Source: Candidatus Micrarchaeia archaeon
GTDB taxonomy: Archaea; Micrarchaeota; Micrarchaeia; CAILAH01
Length of the DNA: 64,000 nucleotides
Assembly (NCBI GenBank): GCA_038874595.1
Contig: JAVZCB010000002.1
Location: forward strand, 32,001 to 96,000
Direction: 5' to 3'
Part shown: positions 1-9,697 of the stretch, one piece after another
Position numbering within the stretch: position 1 is the first letter of the stretch
Layout of the letters: each line of letters starts with the position of its first letter
Notes under the pieces: generated by a model
Seen by the model: only the letters and a program-made list of their open reading frames with translations
Told to the model about the DNA's origin: nothing
Databases searched by the model: none
Made by a program: the position numbers and the translations under genes

Positions 1-1277
1 GCAGGTACCAAATCCTTAACTAAAAGAAGGTTGCCATCACCAAGGTCAAGTTGATCAGAAATGTGCAGCAATTGGTATTTCTTCTCTGTTACCAACTCAA
101 CACTTTTATCATCGGCCTTTGAGAGTATCATCTCACTATCTAAATACATAACCCTTTTGCGAAGGTGCACATCACTAAAAGGTATTGCATACTTAAAACT
201 GCTGGCGTGCTCAACAAGCAAGCGATTACCACCACAATTTGTACCCTGCGCAGAACCAATGGATGCCCATACATTCTCTATATACTGCTCATTGTCTGTG
301 CCCATATAACCCATTTTATACGTTGATGTTTCAGCACTCAACTCTTGTGTTGGCCAGCATGAATCAACACTTGATACTATACCCAACTTGGCCCATCTGT
401 TACCTAATGTATATCCTAGGCCTACCTCTTCTACATATATTTTGTACACCTGCCCATTCACTGAAACTTCATGGATACAGCTTAAACCAAGAGAAGCTTC
501 CTTAAGCAAGACGCCATCCTTATCAACAATGTTTACAACTACCTGCGTTTCTTCCGGGTTGGCCGTAGCTAATATGTCCTTAAGCATTAACCTCCTGCCA
601 TTATCCAAAGGAAGCGATTCACCTATATGCAGCATACCGTTTGCACTCAAGTTTATTGCCGTTGATGGGAATTCACATGTACTTTTAATAGGCGTCACAT
701 CTTCCTTTATTAATTGCAGTGATTTATCACTCGCGAACACTGCTTTTTTTGCAGTAAGTGTGTACCCTGCAATAACCGAGCAGCATTCAAGCACCTGCTC
801 AACACCATCAGGATTCACCACCGTAATTGAATCTCCAACACCTACAACTGCCTCTTTTGCATTGTCTCTTCCAGCATACCAAAGCTTGAGCACGGCCTTG
901 CTTTTTTCATTATTGGTATTAATTATATCCTCTAAATACGCGATAACATCATTCTCAAGCTTCATAAAATTTCCCATATCCATCGTTGCAGTTTTATCCT
1001 CCTTACTAAAATCAATCTTTGAAGTGCCGGGGCAAAACTTAAACTTAGGCTCTTCATTATCATTTACTACTTTAACTATTGGTGTCTTCTGCTCTGGCAC
1101 ATTTACCTCCACATAGGGTGTGGCTTCATCGGCACATTGGACTGCCATCAGGCCGGAGGCAAGCACGGCAACCTTTAAAAATCTCTTTGTGCTCTCCTTC
1201 ACATTGTTCCATGCCTTAAAAACATACCCGTCATCCTTCGGGATGCTGGTTATTTTTTCTGGTTTGTAATTTTTCAT
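1..1277 (-). CDS. Partial (runs off left edge) lipoprotein-like surface protein
   Basis: Not in the ORF track. Manual translation from ATG 1277 gives MKNYKPEKITSIPKDDGYVFKAWNNVKESTKRFLKVAVLASGLMAVQCADE..., open to the window edge. Basic N-region, hydrophobic helix, then Cys. Confidence 0.8.
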   Translation of the reverse strand, partial: MKNYKPEKITSIPKDDGYVFKAWNNVKESTKRFLKVAVLASGLMAVQCADEATPYVEVNVPEQKTPIVKVVNDNEEPKFKFCPGTSKIDFSKEDKTATMDMGNFMKLENDVIAYLEDIINTNNEKSKAVLKLWYAGRDNAKEAVVGVGDSITVVNPDGVEQVLECCSVIAGYTLTAKKAVFASDKSLQLIKEDVTPIKSTCEFPSTAINLSANGMLHIGESLPLDNGRRLMLKDILATANPEETQVVVNIVDKDGVLLKEASLGLSCIHEVSVNGQVYKIYVEEVGLGYTLGNRWAKLGIVSSVDSCWPTQELSAETSTYKMGYMGTDNEQYIENVWASIGSAQGTNCGGNRLLVEHASSFKYAIPFSDVHLRKRVMYLDSEMILSKADDKSVELVTEKKYQLLHISDQLDLGDGNLLLVKDLVP

Positions 1278-1411
1278 GAGCTTTTTAGAAAAAATTAGTA
1301 TTTAAAAACATTTTGATTATGCTGTCAAACTATTTAAGAAAGACAACAAAAATCACATCCAGCTATTTTTTTAGCAGAGGAAAAGCAAAAAAAATGAGTT
1401 GGGTAAGTACT

Positions 1412-2818
1412 TTAATAATCTCCTACTGATTCATCTTCGCTGGTTGATGATGGGTTCCACGTATAGTTATATTTAACATACCACTCGGTTACCCCGCCAT
1501 CATTTCGATTTGTTGTGAAGATATATTCATAATCCCAATCGCCTTTCTTGCCTTTTTCAAAAACTTTTCCTTCAACCAAGGTTATCGGCGCACTTACAAC
1601 AGCTATTTCTGCGGTGCTTATGCCCGGGTAGTTTGGATCAATCTCAACACTATAAATGCGAATAAAGTAATTGCCAATTTTACCCAGCTCACCGCTATTA
1701 ATCGTGCCTTTCGCAACCTCTGTGTTTGTGGAATCCACTACTTTTATGACTGCAACTGGTGGCTGGCCGTTTGTTCCTTCTGATATGCTCTCTATCTCAA
1801 TCTTGTTACCGCTATTATCAGGCACAACAAGCCGTTCCTTAACAAAGAGCCGGCCATTATAAATTATTTCTTTGTAAAGCGTTATGCTGTTCTCGGTAAC
1901 TTCATAGAGGTTAAAAAATTTGCGGCTCCAATTGATAAAGAAAAACAGTGCTGTCGCATGCCCATACGCTTTAATAGTAAGGGGTCCGCCAAACTCAGTC
2001 CTGACTTGAACAAGCAACTTATCTATACACGTGTACCCTCCATCCGGAAAGTAGCCATCAACATATCCATATGTTTCATACATTATCTGCCGATTTCCGT
2101 CCTTCATCACGTTTAAGAACGGGAAATCATCATACGTTCTATCAGATAATTCACACCTATCAATAACACTAGTGTCTGGCACGCCGCCTGTATCGGAATC
2201 CAACACATCTCCAGCATCAGAAACGTCCTCTGAATTGACGTCTTTAACATCTATATCTGGTAGTGCCCCGCCATCACTTGAAACATCGTCAACATCGGTA
2301 TCTGGTAGTGCCCCGCCATCACTTGAAATATCGTCAACATTATTATCTGGTAGTGCCCCGCCATCACTTGAAATATCGTCAACATCGGTATCTGGTAGTG
2401 CCCCGCCATCACTTGAAACATCGTCAACATCGGTATCTGGTAGTGCCCCGCCATCGCTTGAAACATCGTCAACATTAGTATCTGATGGCCTTCCTTTATC
2501 CGCTGAATCACTAACATCCGCAACTTTTATATCTGCTGGTGAATTTGCACCTTGCTGTGGGTTCTCACCACAATTAGTCAGAGTATTGAAAACAATGGCT
2601 GCGGTAAGAAGAGCTGTTGCCAACGCCCTTTTTCCTTTCTTTAGTGCACTAACACCTGCATTCTCTTCAGATTTTTCGTGTGGTTTTTTTGTATTCTCCC
2701 CTGCAATCTCGCAAGCGTTCTCATATGGCTGCTGCTTATGCATTTTTGCAAAAGCTTTCCAATTCTTACGGCATCTTTCAATCTTAGCATTTTCATTAGA
2801 TGGTTTGTATGTTCTCAT
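1412..2818 (-). CDS. Lipoprotein-like surface protein with Asp-rich tandem-repeat linker
   Basis: 468-aa ORF: long basic N-region, KKGKRALATALLTAAIVFNTLTNCGE, repeats of PDTDVDDVSSDGGAL, then a beta-rich C-terminal domain. Confidence 0.85.
   Translation of the reverse strand: MRTYKPSNENAKIERCRKNWKAFAKMHKQQPYENACEIAGENTKKPHEKSEENAGVSALKKGKRALATALLTAAIVFNTLTNCGENPQQGANSPADIKVADVSDSADKGRPSDTNVDDVSSDGGALPDTDVDDVSSDGGALPDTDVDDISSDGGALPDNNVDDISSDGGALPDTDVDDVSSDGGALPDIDVKDVNSEDVSDAGDVLDSDTGGVPDTSVIDRCELSDRTYDDFPFLNVMKDGNRQIMYETYGYVDGYFPDGGYTCIDKLLVQVRTEFGGPLTIKAYGHATALFFFINWSRKFFNLYEVTENSITLYKEIIYNGRLFVKERLVVPDNSGNKIEIESISEGTNGQPPVAVIKVVDSTNTEVAKGTINSGELGKIGNYFIRIYSVEIDPNYPGISTAEIAVVSAPITLVEGKVFEKGKKGDWDYEYIFTTNRNDGGVTEWYVKYNYTWNPSSTSEDESVGDY
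2255..2479. repeat. Intragenic tandem repeat, 5 x 45 bp (15 aa)
   Basis: Unit atctggtagtgccccgccatcacttgaaacatcgtcaacatcggt at 2255, 2300, 2345, 2390 and 2435 with few substitutions. Confidence 0.95.
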
Positions 2819-2894
2819 GTATTAACCTAAAATGCTAAGATATATTAAGTTTTCTCTGCAACAGCTTTTGCCTCACACCTGGGTTCAAAAAAAG

Positions 2895-3440
2895 CTACTC
2901 TTTTCCTAATGCACCGCCAGTATCTTTCGCTTTAGGGGGCCTGCTTCTTGCATCATCAATAAGCGCAAGCCACGATTCGCCTATCTTGTTCAAGTAATTC
3001 CCAAAGGTCTTACTTAAGGAGATAACCATGGGACGGTACTTCTGCTTGCTATGCTCTGCACTTATAGTTTCACGCTCTACCTTAACAAGGCCGACGCGCT
3101 TTAAGCGGGGGAGGACACGGTTATAGAATGTGGCCTTTGAAATTGAGTTCACCTTGATAAAGTTTGATATCTCCTTACCTTCCATCTTATGTACCTGCAT
3201 AAGCTCTTTCATAAAAACAAGTGATATCTCGTGATATGTGGGCTGGTATTTTTTAGGAAACACAAAGTTGAGAAGCTCTTCGAGGGACCAATAATTCCTG
3301 AGAGGTGACTCATTGTCATCCTGGAACTTTCGGAGCTCGGGCGAATAGTGCGGTGGGAGGTAAAAAGACTCCTTGCTCGGGATGCCCCGGGTTGCAATCG
3401 CTCTTTTTAATTTATATTCAGTTTGTAGCGCCTCCTCCAT
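2895..3440 (-). CDS. Hypothetical protein, probable winged-helix DNA-binding domain
   Basis: 181-aa ORF; ISKATFYNRVLPRLKRVGLVKV resembles a wHTH recognition helix and wing. Confidence 0.65.
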   Translation of the reverse strand: MEEALQTEYKLKRAIATRGIPSKESFYLPPHYSPELRKFQDDNESPLRNYWSLEELLNFVFPKKYQPTYHEISLVFMKELMQVHKMEGKEISNFIKVNSISKATFYNRVLPRLKRVGLVKVERETISAEHSKQKYRPMVISLSKTFGNYLNKIGESWLALIDDARSRPPKAKDTGGALGKE

Positions 3441-3482
3441 ATCTCTATATCACGCTCCGAATTTATAAATATTTGAAGTTAA

Positions 3483-3713
3483 ATGAGTGTTATGTCAAGT
3501 GAAGGCGGGCTGTACAAGGAATCCCAAAAAGAAGAAAAGAGAAAAGGGGATGTTTTCAAGGAAAAGGAGATTCTTAGGGAATCAAAAAAAGAGCACGCCT
3601 ACAAGGCACATGCTAAAAGATTGTCAAACAAGGAAATATTCTCCATGCTCTCGGGGTTCAAGAAGAAATGGGTGAAAGGCCTGCTCGGAGCGCTGAGAAA
3701 ACTGCTCGGCTAA
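3483..3713 (+). CDS. Small basic hypothetical protein
   Basis: 76-aa ORF filling a gap, divergent from the gene ending at 3440, with TATA-like tttataaata just upstream. Confidence 0.45.
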   Translation: MSVMSSEGGLYKESQKEEKRKGDVFKEKEILRESKKEHAYKAHAKRLSNKEIFSMLSGFKKKWVKGLLGALRKLLG

Positions 3714-3773
3714 AAATAACGAGCAGGGAAATTACGAAAGGGCGTCTCGCTTTGTTTTAATATGTGCATTGCA

Positions 3774-4352
3774 TTATGTTAAGAATTTCTTTTTCAGCTT
3801 ATCAATAGCGGCCTTGACAGCAACTTTCTCATCGACCGTTATATTTTCATCTTTCAGGACAAGCTCTGCATACATCTCATCAAAAAAGCTAAGCGTCGAT
3901 TCCTTATCCTTCTCAAACGCGCGCCTAAACCAGGCAACGGCCTCATCCTCATTTTCAAGCATTACATAACAGAGACCTATCAGGCAGGCGGCATGGTAAT
4001 CCATGCCCTTAAGAAACGCCTCGTTAAGCGCCTTTATCGCATCCGAGAACCTGAACATCTTTATGAAAACGTATGCCTTGCCCATAAGAGGCTCAACAAG
4101 ATTTATGTCCAGCTTGGAGGCCATATCAAAGGCAAGCAATGCCTCCTCGTATTTCTCCATCTTAAAAAGCGTCATCCCCTTCATATACCATGCGAGGCCC
4201 TGCTTTGGGTCAAGCTTGGTTGCATCCTCATATTTCTCCAAAGCCTCCTTGTATTCACCGCGCTCGTACATCTCATTTGAGTGTGCAACCAACCCTTCAT
4301 ATGCATTGTCAACCGCATCCTGCTTGTTGTCGCCACTATCCTGGGAGGACAT
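3774..4352 (-). CDS. Tetratricopeptide repeat protein
   Basis: TPR consensus (AWYMKGMTLFKMEKYEEALLAFDMA...). Start moved to MSSQDSG to avoid overlap with the DUF424 gene. Confidence 0.85.
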   Translation of the reverse strand: MSSQDSGDNKQDAVDNAYEGLVAHSNEMYERGEYKEALEKYEDATKLDPKQGLAWYMKGMTLFKMEKYEEALLAFDMASKLDINLVEPLMGKAYVFIKMFRFSDAIKALNEAFLKGMDYHAACLIGLCYVMLENEDEAVAWFRRAFEKDKESTLSFFDEMYAELVLKDENITVDEKVAVKAAIDKLKKKFLT

Positions 4353-4404
4353 AACCCTTATTCTGCGGGAATGTTTAAATACATTGGAGGGCAAAAGCGC
4401 TACT

Positions 4405-4689
4405 ATGCATTGCAGGAGGCATGAGTATAAAGGAAAGGTTGTGTTTGCGCTGTGTGACAAGGACCTAATAGGCAAAAAGCTTGAGGAAGGAAGCATTGTG
4501 CTTGACCTTGATAAGTATAGGAATTTTTACATTGGTGATGACCTTGAATCGTTTGATGGCACATTTGAATCCATAAACGCGGTGGGTGAAAAAAGCACAA
4601 CCTTCCTTATCGAGAAGGGAATAGCGGCAAAAAAAGATTTGAAATATATAGCGGGCGTGCCAATTTTACAAGTGTACAAAATAAAGTAA
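4405..4689 (+). CDS. DUF424 family protein
   Basis: VFALCDKDLIGKKLEEG...NFYIG...INAVG...IAGVPILQ matches the archaeal DUF424 pattern; start at MHCRRH. Confidence 0.8.
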   Translation: MHCRRHEYKGKVVFALCDKDLIGKKLEEGSIVLDLDKYRNFYIGDDLESFDGTFESINAVGEKSTTFLIEKGIAAKKDLKYIAGVPILQVYKIK

Positions 4690-4889
4690 AAACATAATTA
4701 TGTGCTGGATTCTTTCTTGATCCACACAAGTTTTACAAATGTGCAAAATAAAGTAAGTTGGGCAGTTAATAAGATTTCCCCTTATTAAGCAGCATAAGGA
4801 GATATACCACGAGCACGATATGGTTACCAAACTATTCCTGTTTTGCTCTGGGCTGGCAATCCTGCTGCAAGTGCTGTGCGGTCTTCACT

Positions 4890-5354
4890 CTATTCCTGCT
4901 TTCCTTTAAGCATTGATGATATTACAGGAACATCTATATCCTCGCCAAGTGCCGCCTTATATCCAACATAAATCCCATAGAGCCATACAACCCAGCCAAG
5001 GAATAACATCCAGAATAACACGCTCACTGCCCAAAGCATGGCAGACTGCTTGCAATGAAACACTGTGCGCTCTTCTTTATTTAGCAGGTATAGTATGAGC
5101 GAGCCGAGCGGGAAAAAGAAATATGCAAGGAAAATGTCCCATCTCCCTGCCGGTGCGCTTTTTTCCTCCCCTGGCTTTTTTAGGTCCTCAGCAAGCCCCT
5201 TTGACATCTCGGCTGGCACAACCATCTCGCTCTCACCTGTATCGTGCCTAAGCTTATTTTTCTCGTCTTCAAGGAACTTGCCAGCTATTTTCGGCTTTGC
5301 CTCTTTTGGCTCGGTTTTCTTGAAATCTGTCTTTTTCTTAAATGTGTCCACCAT
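4890..5354 (-). CDS. Membrane protein, DUF4870-like
   Basis: LAYFFFPLGSLILYL...VFHCKQS...GYKAALGE.IDVPVI pattern after a charged N-terminus. Confidence 0.7.
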   Translation of the reverse strand: MVDTFKKKTDFKKTEPKEAKPKIAGKFLEDEKNKLRHDTGESEMVVPAEMSKGLAEDLKKPGEEKSAPAGRWDIFLAYFFFPLGSLILYLLNKEERTVFHCKQSAMLWAVSVLFWMLFLGWVVWLYGIYVGYKAALGEDIDVPVISSMLKGKQE

Positions 5355-5362
5355 CCAACCAC

Positions 5363-5719
5363 CTATAACAACTTTAAGTGTTTTGTAAGAGGGTCAATAT
5401 CAGATGATTTTGCAGGGCCGATTGCAAGTGCAGTTATGGTACCCGGCTCAAGCTGCGTAAGGCCAGCATCCTGTATGAGTGCACACGGCAGGCCCGCTTT
5501 CCTTGCTAAGGTAAAAATTGATTGCATCTCTGCAAGAGAGGCCTTTACTGCAATCTTTTTCTCGCCCTGTAGTTTCCAGTCAGATACAGTGCGCGGCGTG
5601 CTTCTGGCTGCATCCTCAAACGCACGCACAGCTGCGTGGCACGCCTGCGCAACCGCTTTCCCCTTTCCCATCTGAAGGTCACTACGGATAATTATCACTT
5701 GCTTTATCTCATCAAGCAT
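5363..5719 (-). CDS. pth2: Peptidyl-tRNA hydrolase Pth2
   Basis: KQVIIIRSDLQMGKGKAVAQACHA, QDAGLTQLEPGT, T.HLKLL. Confidence 0.95.
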   Translation of the reverse strand: MLDEIKQVIIIRSDLQMGKGKAVAQACHAAVRAFEDAARSTPRTVSDWKLQGEKKIAVKASLAEMQSIFTLARKAGLPCALIQDAGLTQLEPGTITALAIGPAKSSDIDPLTKHLKLL

Positions 5720-5773
5720 ACAGGAATCATTCTGCACTAAGTGTTAAATACATTTCAGAATGCAATGATAAGG

Positions 5774-6763
5774 ATGGAAGACATACGAGGGCTTGTCGAA
5801 GAGCTTCAAAAGGCCGAGCAGGCACGCATAAGCACTGCAAAGGAGCTACTAAAAATTGATGGGATAAAGGCTAAATGCGCAAACACGAATAGTGAAATTA
5901 ATATTAGGGTTGGGGCTGTTGATACGAGCATTATCCTGCAGGAGTTCCATGCGTTTGACCTTATGATAACAAAAACTGTTGGGGTTGTGTTTGAATACCA
6001 AAATGGGAGATTGAAAAGCCACGAGTATATACCTTCGCCGATGCCAAAGGAAAAGCTGCACGTTCACGGCTCAATGGACTTGATGGAGCTTGGGAATTAT
6101 AAGAGCATTGTGCGGCTGAAAGAGGAGATTTCGCTCGCAATCAGGATTGCTGAAAAGTGCGACCTCCTTTTGCTTGATGGATCGCTCGTTCCTCTCCCAG
6201 GTGATAAGCCATCATCAAAAGAGCTAAGAAAGGAATATGACGAATTGCTCGCGCTTTATAGGGAGCTGTTCTCAAAATATGAAAGCAAAATCGTAGGTGT
6301 AATTAAGGATTCACGAAGCAAGAGGCTTATGGAGGAATACTCCACACTTATTGATAGCTCTGTGATGTGCAATTCAACTGACAGCACACTGCTTGACCTG
6401 ATGCTTGAAAAAGGTGAGATGAGCAGGGTGCTTTCATACTCAAAGGACCCTAAAAGCAATGGTGTGCTGAAAGACCTCCTACCATATTCGGAGAGATTGA
6501 ATTGCGTGTACATCAAGCCTGGAAAGAATGACCGGCCAGTGCGGATTGAGATGTTTGGTAATGGGGAGGGTGTAATTGATAAGGTATATGCATTATGTGA
6601 TATAAACGATAACTATTCTTACCCCGCCGTACTTATTGATGTTGACCTGCGCGCGCTGATGGACCCCAGGAATGTTGAGAGGATATACAGGGAGATTGAG
6701 GTTGCACCTTACCTGAAAGATGTGCGCGCGCTCAGAAGGAACTCGCGGCCGTTCAGGACCTAG
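5774..6763 (+). CDS. nurA: DNA double-strand break repair nuclease NurA
   Basis: GAVDTS, LLLDGSL, VGVIKDS and SYPAVLIDVDLRA motifs; probable leaderless start MEDIRG. Confidence 0.85.
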   Translation: MEDIRGLVEELQKAEQARISTAKELLKIDGIKAKCANTNSEINIRVGAVDTSIILQEFHAFDLMITKTVGVVFEYQNGRLKSHEYIPSPMPKEKLHVHGSMDLMELGNYKSIVRLKEEISLAIRIAEKCDLLLLDGSLVPLPGDKPSSKELRKEYDELLALYRELFSKYESKIVGVIKDSRSKRLMEEYSTLIDSSVMCNSTDSTLLDLMLEKGEMSRVLSYSKDPKSNGVLKDLLPYSERLNCVYIKPGKNDRPVRIEMFGNGEGVIDKVYALCDINDNYSYPAVLIDVDLRALMDPRNVERIYREIEVAPYLKDVRALRRNSRPFRT

Positions 6764-6837
6764 GGCTCCGAGAGAGTTCAGAATGAAAGCGCATATTTTT
6801 AGCAAAAAAGCTTATAAATGTTCTTTGGGAAAGTATT

Positions 6838-6918
6838 CCGTAGCTCCACTCCGAGTTGCGGCCATAGTGGTCGCCAAAACGCCACCGCCAGTCCCGATGG
6901 ACTGGCCTAATTCTTTTT
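6838..6918 (+). ncRNA. Candidate small structured non-coding RNA
   Basis: GC-rich island with three consecutive hairpins between convergent genes. BRE/TATA (aaaaaagcttataaat, 6804-6819) lies upstream and a T-tract downstream. Confidence 0.5.
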
Positions 6919-6964
6919 AATGGCTTTGCATTAGCGTTAGCCTTACACACAGGCAAGACGCTGG

Positions 6965-9646
6965 TTACTGGCTTGCCCTGCGCATTGTGAGAATTCCTAT
7001 CCCTAAAAGCCCTATGAGAGCAGGGAGCACAAGGCACACTGATGGGCCAGATGGTTCCCCGGAGCGGATACACTTGTGTGCCTGGCACACATAGCCCGGA
7101 TCGCAATCGCTGTTTTTGTTGCAACTGCCCGTGCCTGCCGGCATATTTTGCCCTCCGCTTGCTGGCTTTTCGGAACAGACACCATTCCTGCACGAAATCC
7201 CAAGACCTTTGTAAACACACTCATAATCCTGCTGGCAGGGGATTTCCTTTGATAGTGGAACGGTTGCAGAGTAAACACCTATCGGCCTGCTCCCATCAAC
7301 CTTATCGTAGAACTCCTTTGTTGTTATTGTAAATGTTTCTGATGCCCTGTTGTTTGTATTGGGCTGGTACGCATACATTGTAATTGTTGCATCATACTCG
7401 CGCGGCGGGTACGGGACGTGTAATGCCCCTTCGGAAACTGGTACATCGTAGGAGTACGACAGGTGTGCATTTTCACCGCTAAACTTAACTTCTACGTGTA
7501 TCATAGCACCAGCGGTAACTGGATTGCCGTTTTGGTCAACAAGTGCAAGCTGGATTTCACTCCCGTTAAGCGCCTCAAGGTCGCTGCGGTAATCGGACGG
7601 CGCTGCACCGTTCCCTGAATAACCGAACGGCTCGCCCTGGTCCCATCTCCCATTATTATTTAGGTCCTGGTAGGCACCGTGCATAATAAATATCTTGTCA
7701 AGCTGTGTGATTCTCTTATCCTTGTCATAGTACTCAAGCAATGGCTTGTAGCCGGATGCGTTAAGCGCGATATACAGGTCACGCAGTGTTTTCACGTGCC
7801 TCACACCCTTTCCGTCACCGAAATCGCGCTTCTGCGAATATGCATCCATTAACGTTGAGATAGGGATAACTACAAAATCATCATCAATGCCCCCGCGCGC
7901 CTGCGGTGAATCGCGAAGGTCAATCAGCAGGGATGCAATCGCCATCTCCTCCATCATGCTGGGGTCGCTGTATTTGTTCTTCTCTCGGAAAACCTTCTCT
8001 TGCATCTGGTAATTGAGCTCAAGGTTGAATGCAACACCGCGTATGCGGTAAAGGTCATAATCAGGATTATCCTTGTAATAATTCTTCATCTCCCACGCAC
8101 AATACTCCGCCCATCCTTCAAGAAGGCCCCACTCTGAATTCGGGTTTGTGTAATAACCACCGTGGTCTACGCCCGGACGGCCTTCCTTTGTGCTGAACAG
8201 CTCGTTCTGTATGTGGTGGCAGTACTCGTGGTATATTGTATCTTCTATGTACGATGAAGTAAAAGAGGAGCTCATATCAAGAAGGCGCATCCCCGGCGCA
8301 TTTGGGTCATCGTCCTGCCACACCTCATCAACGTGGGTGTTGCCTTTCTTGTTATATATGAAGACCCTCTCTTTTACTGTTGAGGTTTTCTTGAATACAT
8401 TCTCCTTGAACTCAACCGCTTTCTGAGCGGTTACAAAAACCTTTGCAGCATCCGAGAGCTCCTGCACCTTATGACTTGTCAAGTCCATCTGGTAGTTTGA
8501 AAGGCGCGGGTCTGAAACCGGGATTGCATCTTCATATGAAAACCGTAATGGATAGTTTGGGTTATCCTCAACCACATACAGCCTTCCCTTTGACTCATCA
8601 AATACAACCTCAACCGAGATCTCATACCCGGGCTGGAATGCTTTCGGGTCATCCCAAACAAACCTGCCATTTTCATCTGTGGTAAGGTGGCCGTATGCGT
8701 AGATGTGAGTGTCCTTTACTGCAATCGTCTCTATTTTCACAAATTTGAGAGGAACCTTCTTGCCCACTGGGCTGTAATAAAACACCTCCCCCTGCATCTT
8801 CACCTGCCTGCACTTCGTGTTATCTTCACACCCCTGCGGGCACTGCTCCTCTTTATATGTACACGCACCCGTGCCTGGATCACACACGCCTTCAGTGTAC
8901 ATTACACCATTCTCGCACTTGTCAGGGCACTCTATACCAATACACTTGTTTTTTTGTGGTTGTGCTGCGGGCAGTGGCTTGGCGCAATCTATTTTGTAAA
9001 AGGTCTCACCACCATACGGGCAGTTGCACGAGCAGTCCATTACTGTATCCTTCCACTGCACATATGCCACAAACGCGCAGTCATTCCCAAGCTTTGCCTT
9101 GCAGTATGAGTTGCAGTAATCTGTAAGTGTTGTTGAACCATAGCAGGGATTCTTTTCCCCTGTGGGCTGTTCAGGGGGTTTCGATTGCCTGCATTTTGAT
9201 TCACAGGATGTTTGCACGGGCTTGCAGTACTTATCAAGAAGCGCATTGTAGCAATCGCTCTCCTTTTTCCTGCAATAGTCATCAAGCTCTGAGTAATCTG
9301 CCTGAATCTCGTTCGCTTTCATGCAGGACATATATAGGTTGTCACAGGTTGCCTCCTTTTCGGCCCTATAAGCTGCCCCTGGGTTTTCATAGTATTCAGA
9401 TGTGCCCCCTGATGACTGCACACCGCTCTTGCAGCGCCTGTATTCCCAGATGCAGTCAAAAGCGCACTGCTCCTCTGATGACATTGCATTGTAAGCAGTC
9501 ATGTCATAGAGTGCACAGTAGGAATATTCACACGCCCAGATTCCGGACATTGTCTCGCAATTTCTTGCGCATTCTATATAATCCATCTCGGCAAACACAA
9601 ATGTGATGCTGGACAAAACAAGCAGGAGCATTAGGTAAAATCTCAT
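6965..9646 (-). CDS. Secreted Cys-rich zinc metalloprotease-like surface protein with C-terminal membrane anchor
   Basis: Signal peptide, many Cys repeats, HEYCH plus downstream EGWAE, DLNNNGRWD Ca-binding-like motif, C-terminal CLVLPALIGLLGIGILTMRR. Confidence 0.8.
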   Translation of the reverse strand: MRFYLMLLLVLSSITFVFAEMDYIECARNCETMSGIWACEYSYCALYDMTAYNAMSSEEQCAFDCIWEYRRCKSGVQSSGGTSEYYENPGAAYRAEKEATCDNLYMSCMKANEIQADYSELDDYCRKKESDCYNALLDKYCKPVQTSCESKCRQSKPPEQPTGEKNPCYGSTTLTDYCNSYCKAKLGNDCAFVAYVQWKDTVMDCSCNCPYGGETFYKIDCAKPLPAAQPQKNKCIGIECPDKCENGVMYTEGVCDPGTGACTYKEEQCPQGCEDNTKCRQVKMQGEVFYYSPVGKKVPLKFVKIETIAVKDTHIYAYGHLTTDENGRFVWDDPKAFQPGYEISVEVVFDESKGRLYVVEDNPNYPLRFSYEDAIPVSDPRLSNYQMDLTSHKVQELSDAAKVFVTAQKAVEFKENVFKKTSTVKERVFIYNKKGNTHVDEVWQDDDPNAPGMRLLDMSSSFTSSYIEDTIYHEYCHHIQNELFSTKEGRPGVDHGGYYTNPNSEWGLLEGWAEYCAWEMKNYYKDNPDYDLYRIRGVAFNLELNYQMQEKVFREKNKYSDPSMMEEMAIASLLIDLRDSPQARGGIDDDFVVIPISTLMDAYSQKRDFGDGKGVRHVKTLRDLYIALNASGYKPLLEYYDKDKRITQLDKIFIMHGAYQDLNNNGRWDQGEPFGYSGNGAAPSDYRSDLEALNGSEIQLALVDQNGNPVTAGAMIHVEVKFSGENAHLSYSYDVPVSEGALHVPYPPREYDATITMYAYQPNTNNRASETFTITTKEFYDKVDGSRPIGVYSATVPLSKEIPCQQDYECVYKGLGISCRNGVCSEKPASGGQNMPAGTGSCNKNSDCDPGYVCQAHKCIRSGEPSGPSVCLVLPALIGLLGIGILTMRRASQ

Positions 9647-9697
9647 GGATTAGAATAGATAAGAAACTATTTAAACACTCGAACCAAATAGTTATGC

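Noticed and set aside
388-1116. 242-aa plus-strand ORF and similar Ser-rich antisense ORFs (e.g. 2172-2825, 23955-24545, 35971-36819)
   Set aside because: Shadow frames of real opposite-strand genes
2255-2479. Possible CRISPR array
   Set aside because: Head-to-tail units with no unique spacers, in frame within a CDS, and no cas genes in the window
4003-4496. Long overlap of the TPR and DUF424 ORFs
   Set aside because: Resolved by downstream starts at 4352 (-) and 4405 (+) sharing a TATA-containing gap
6838-6918. 5S rRNA (gcggccatag resembles its 5' end) or tRNA
   Set aside because: Similarity stops after about 10 nt; no ccgaac loop, T-loop or acceptor stem
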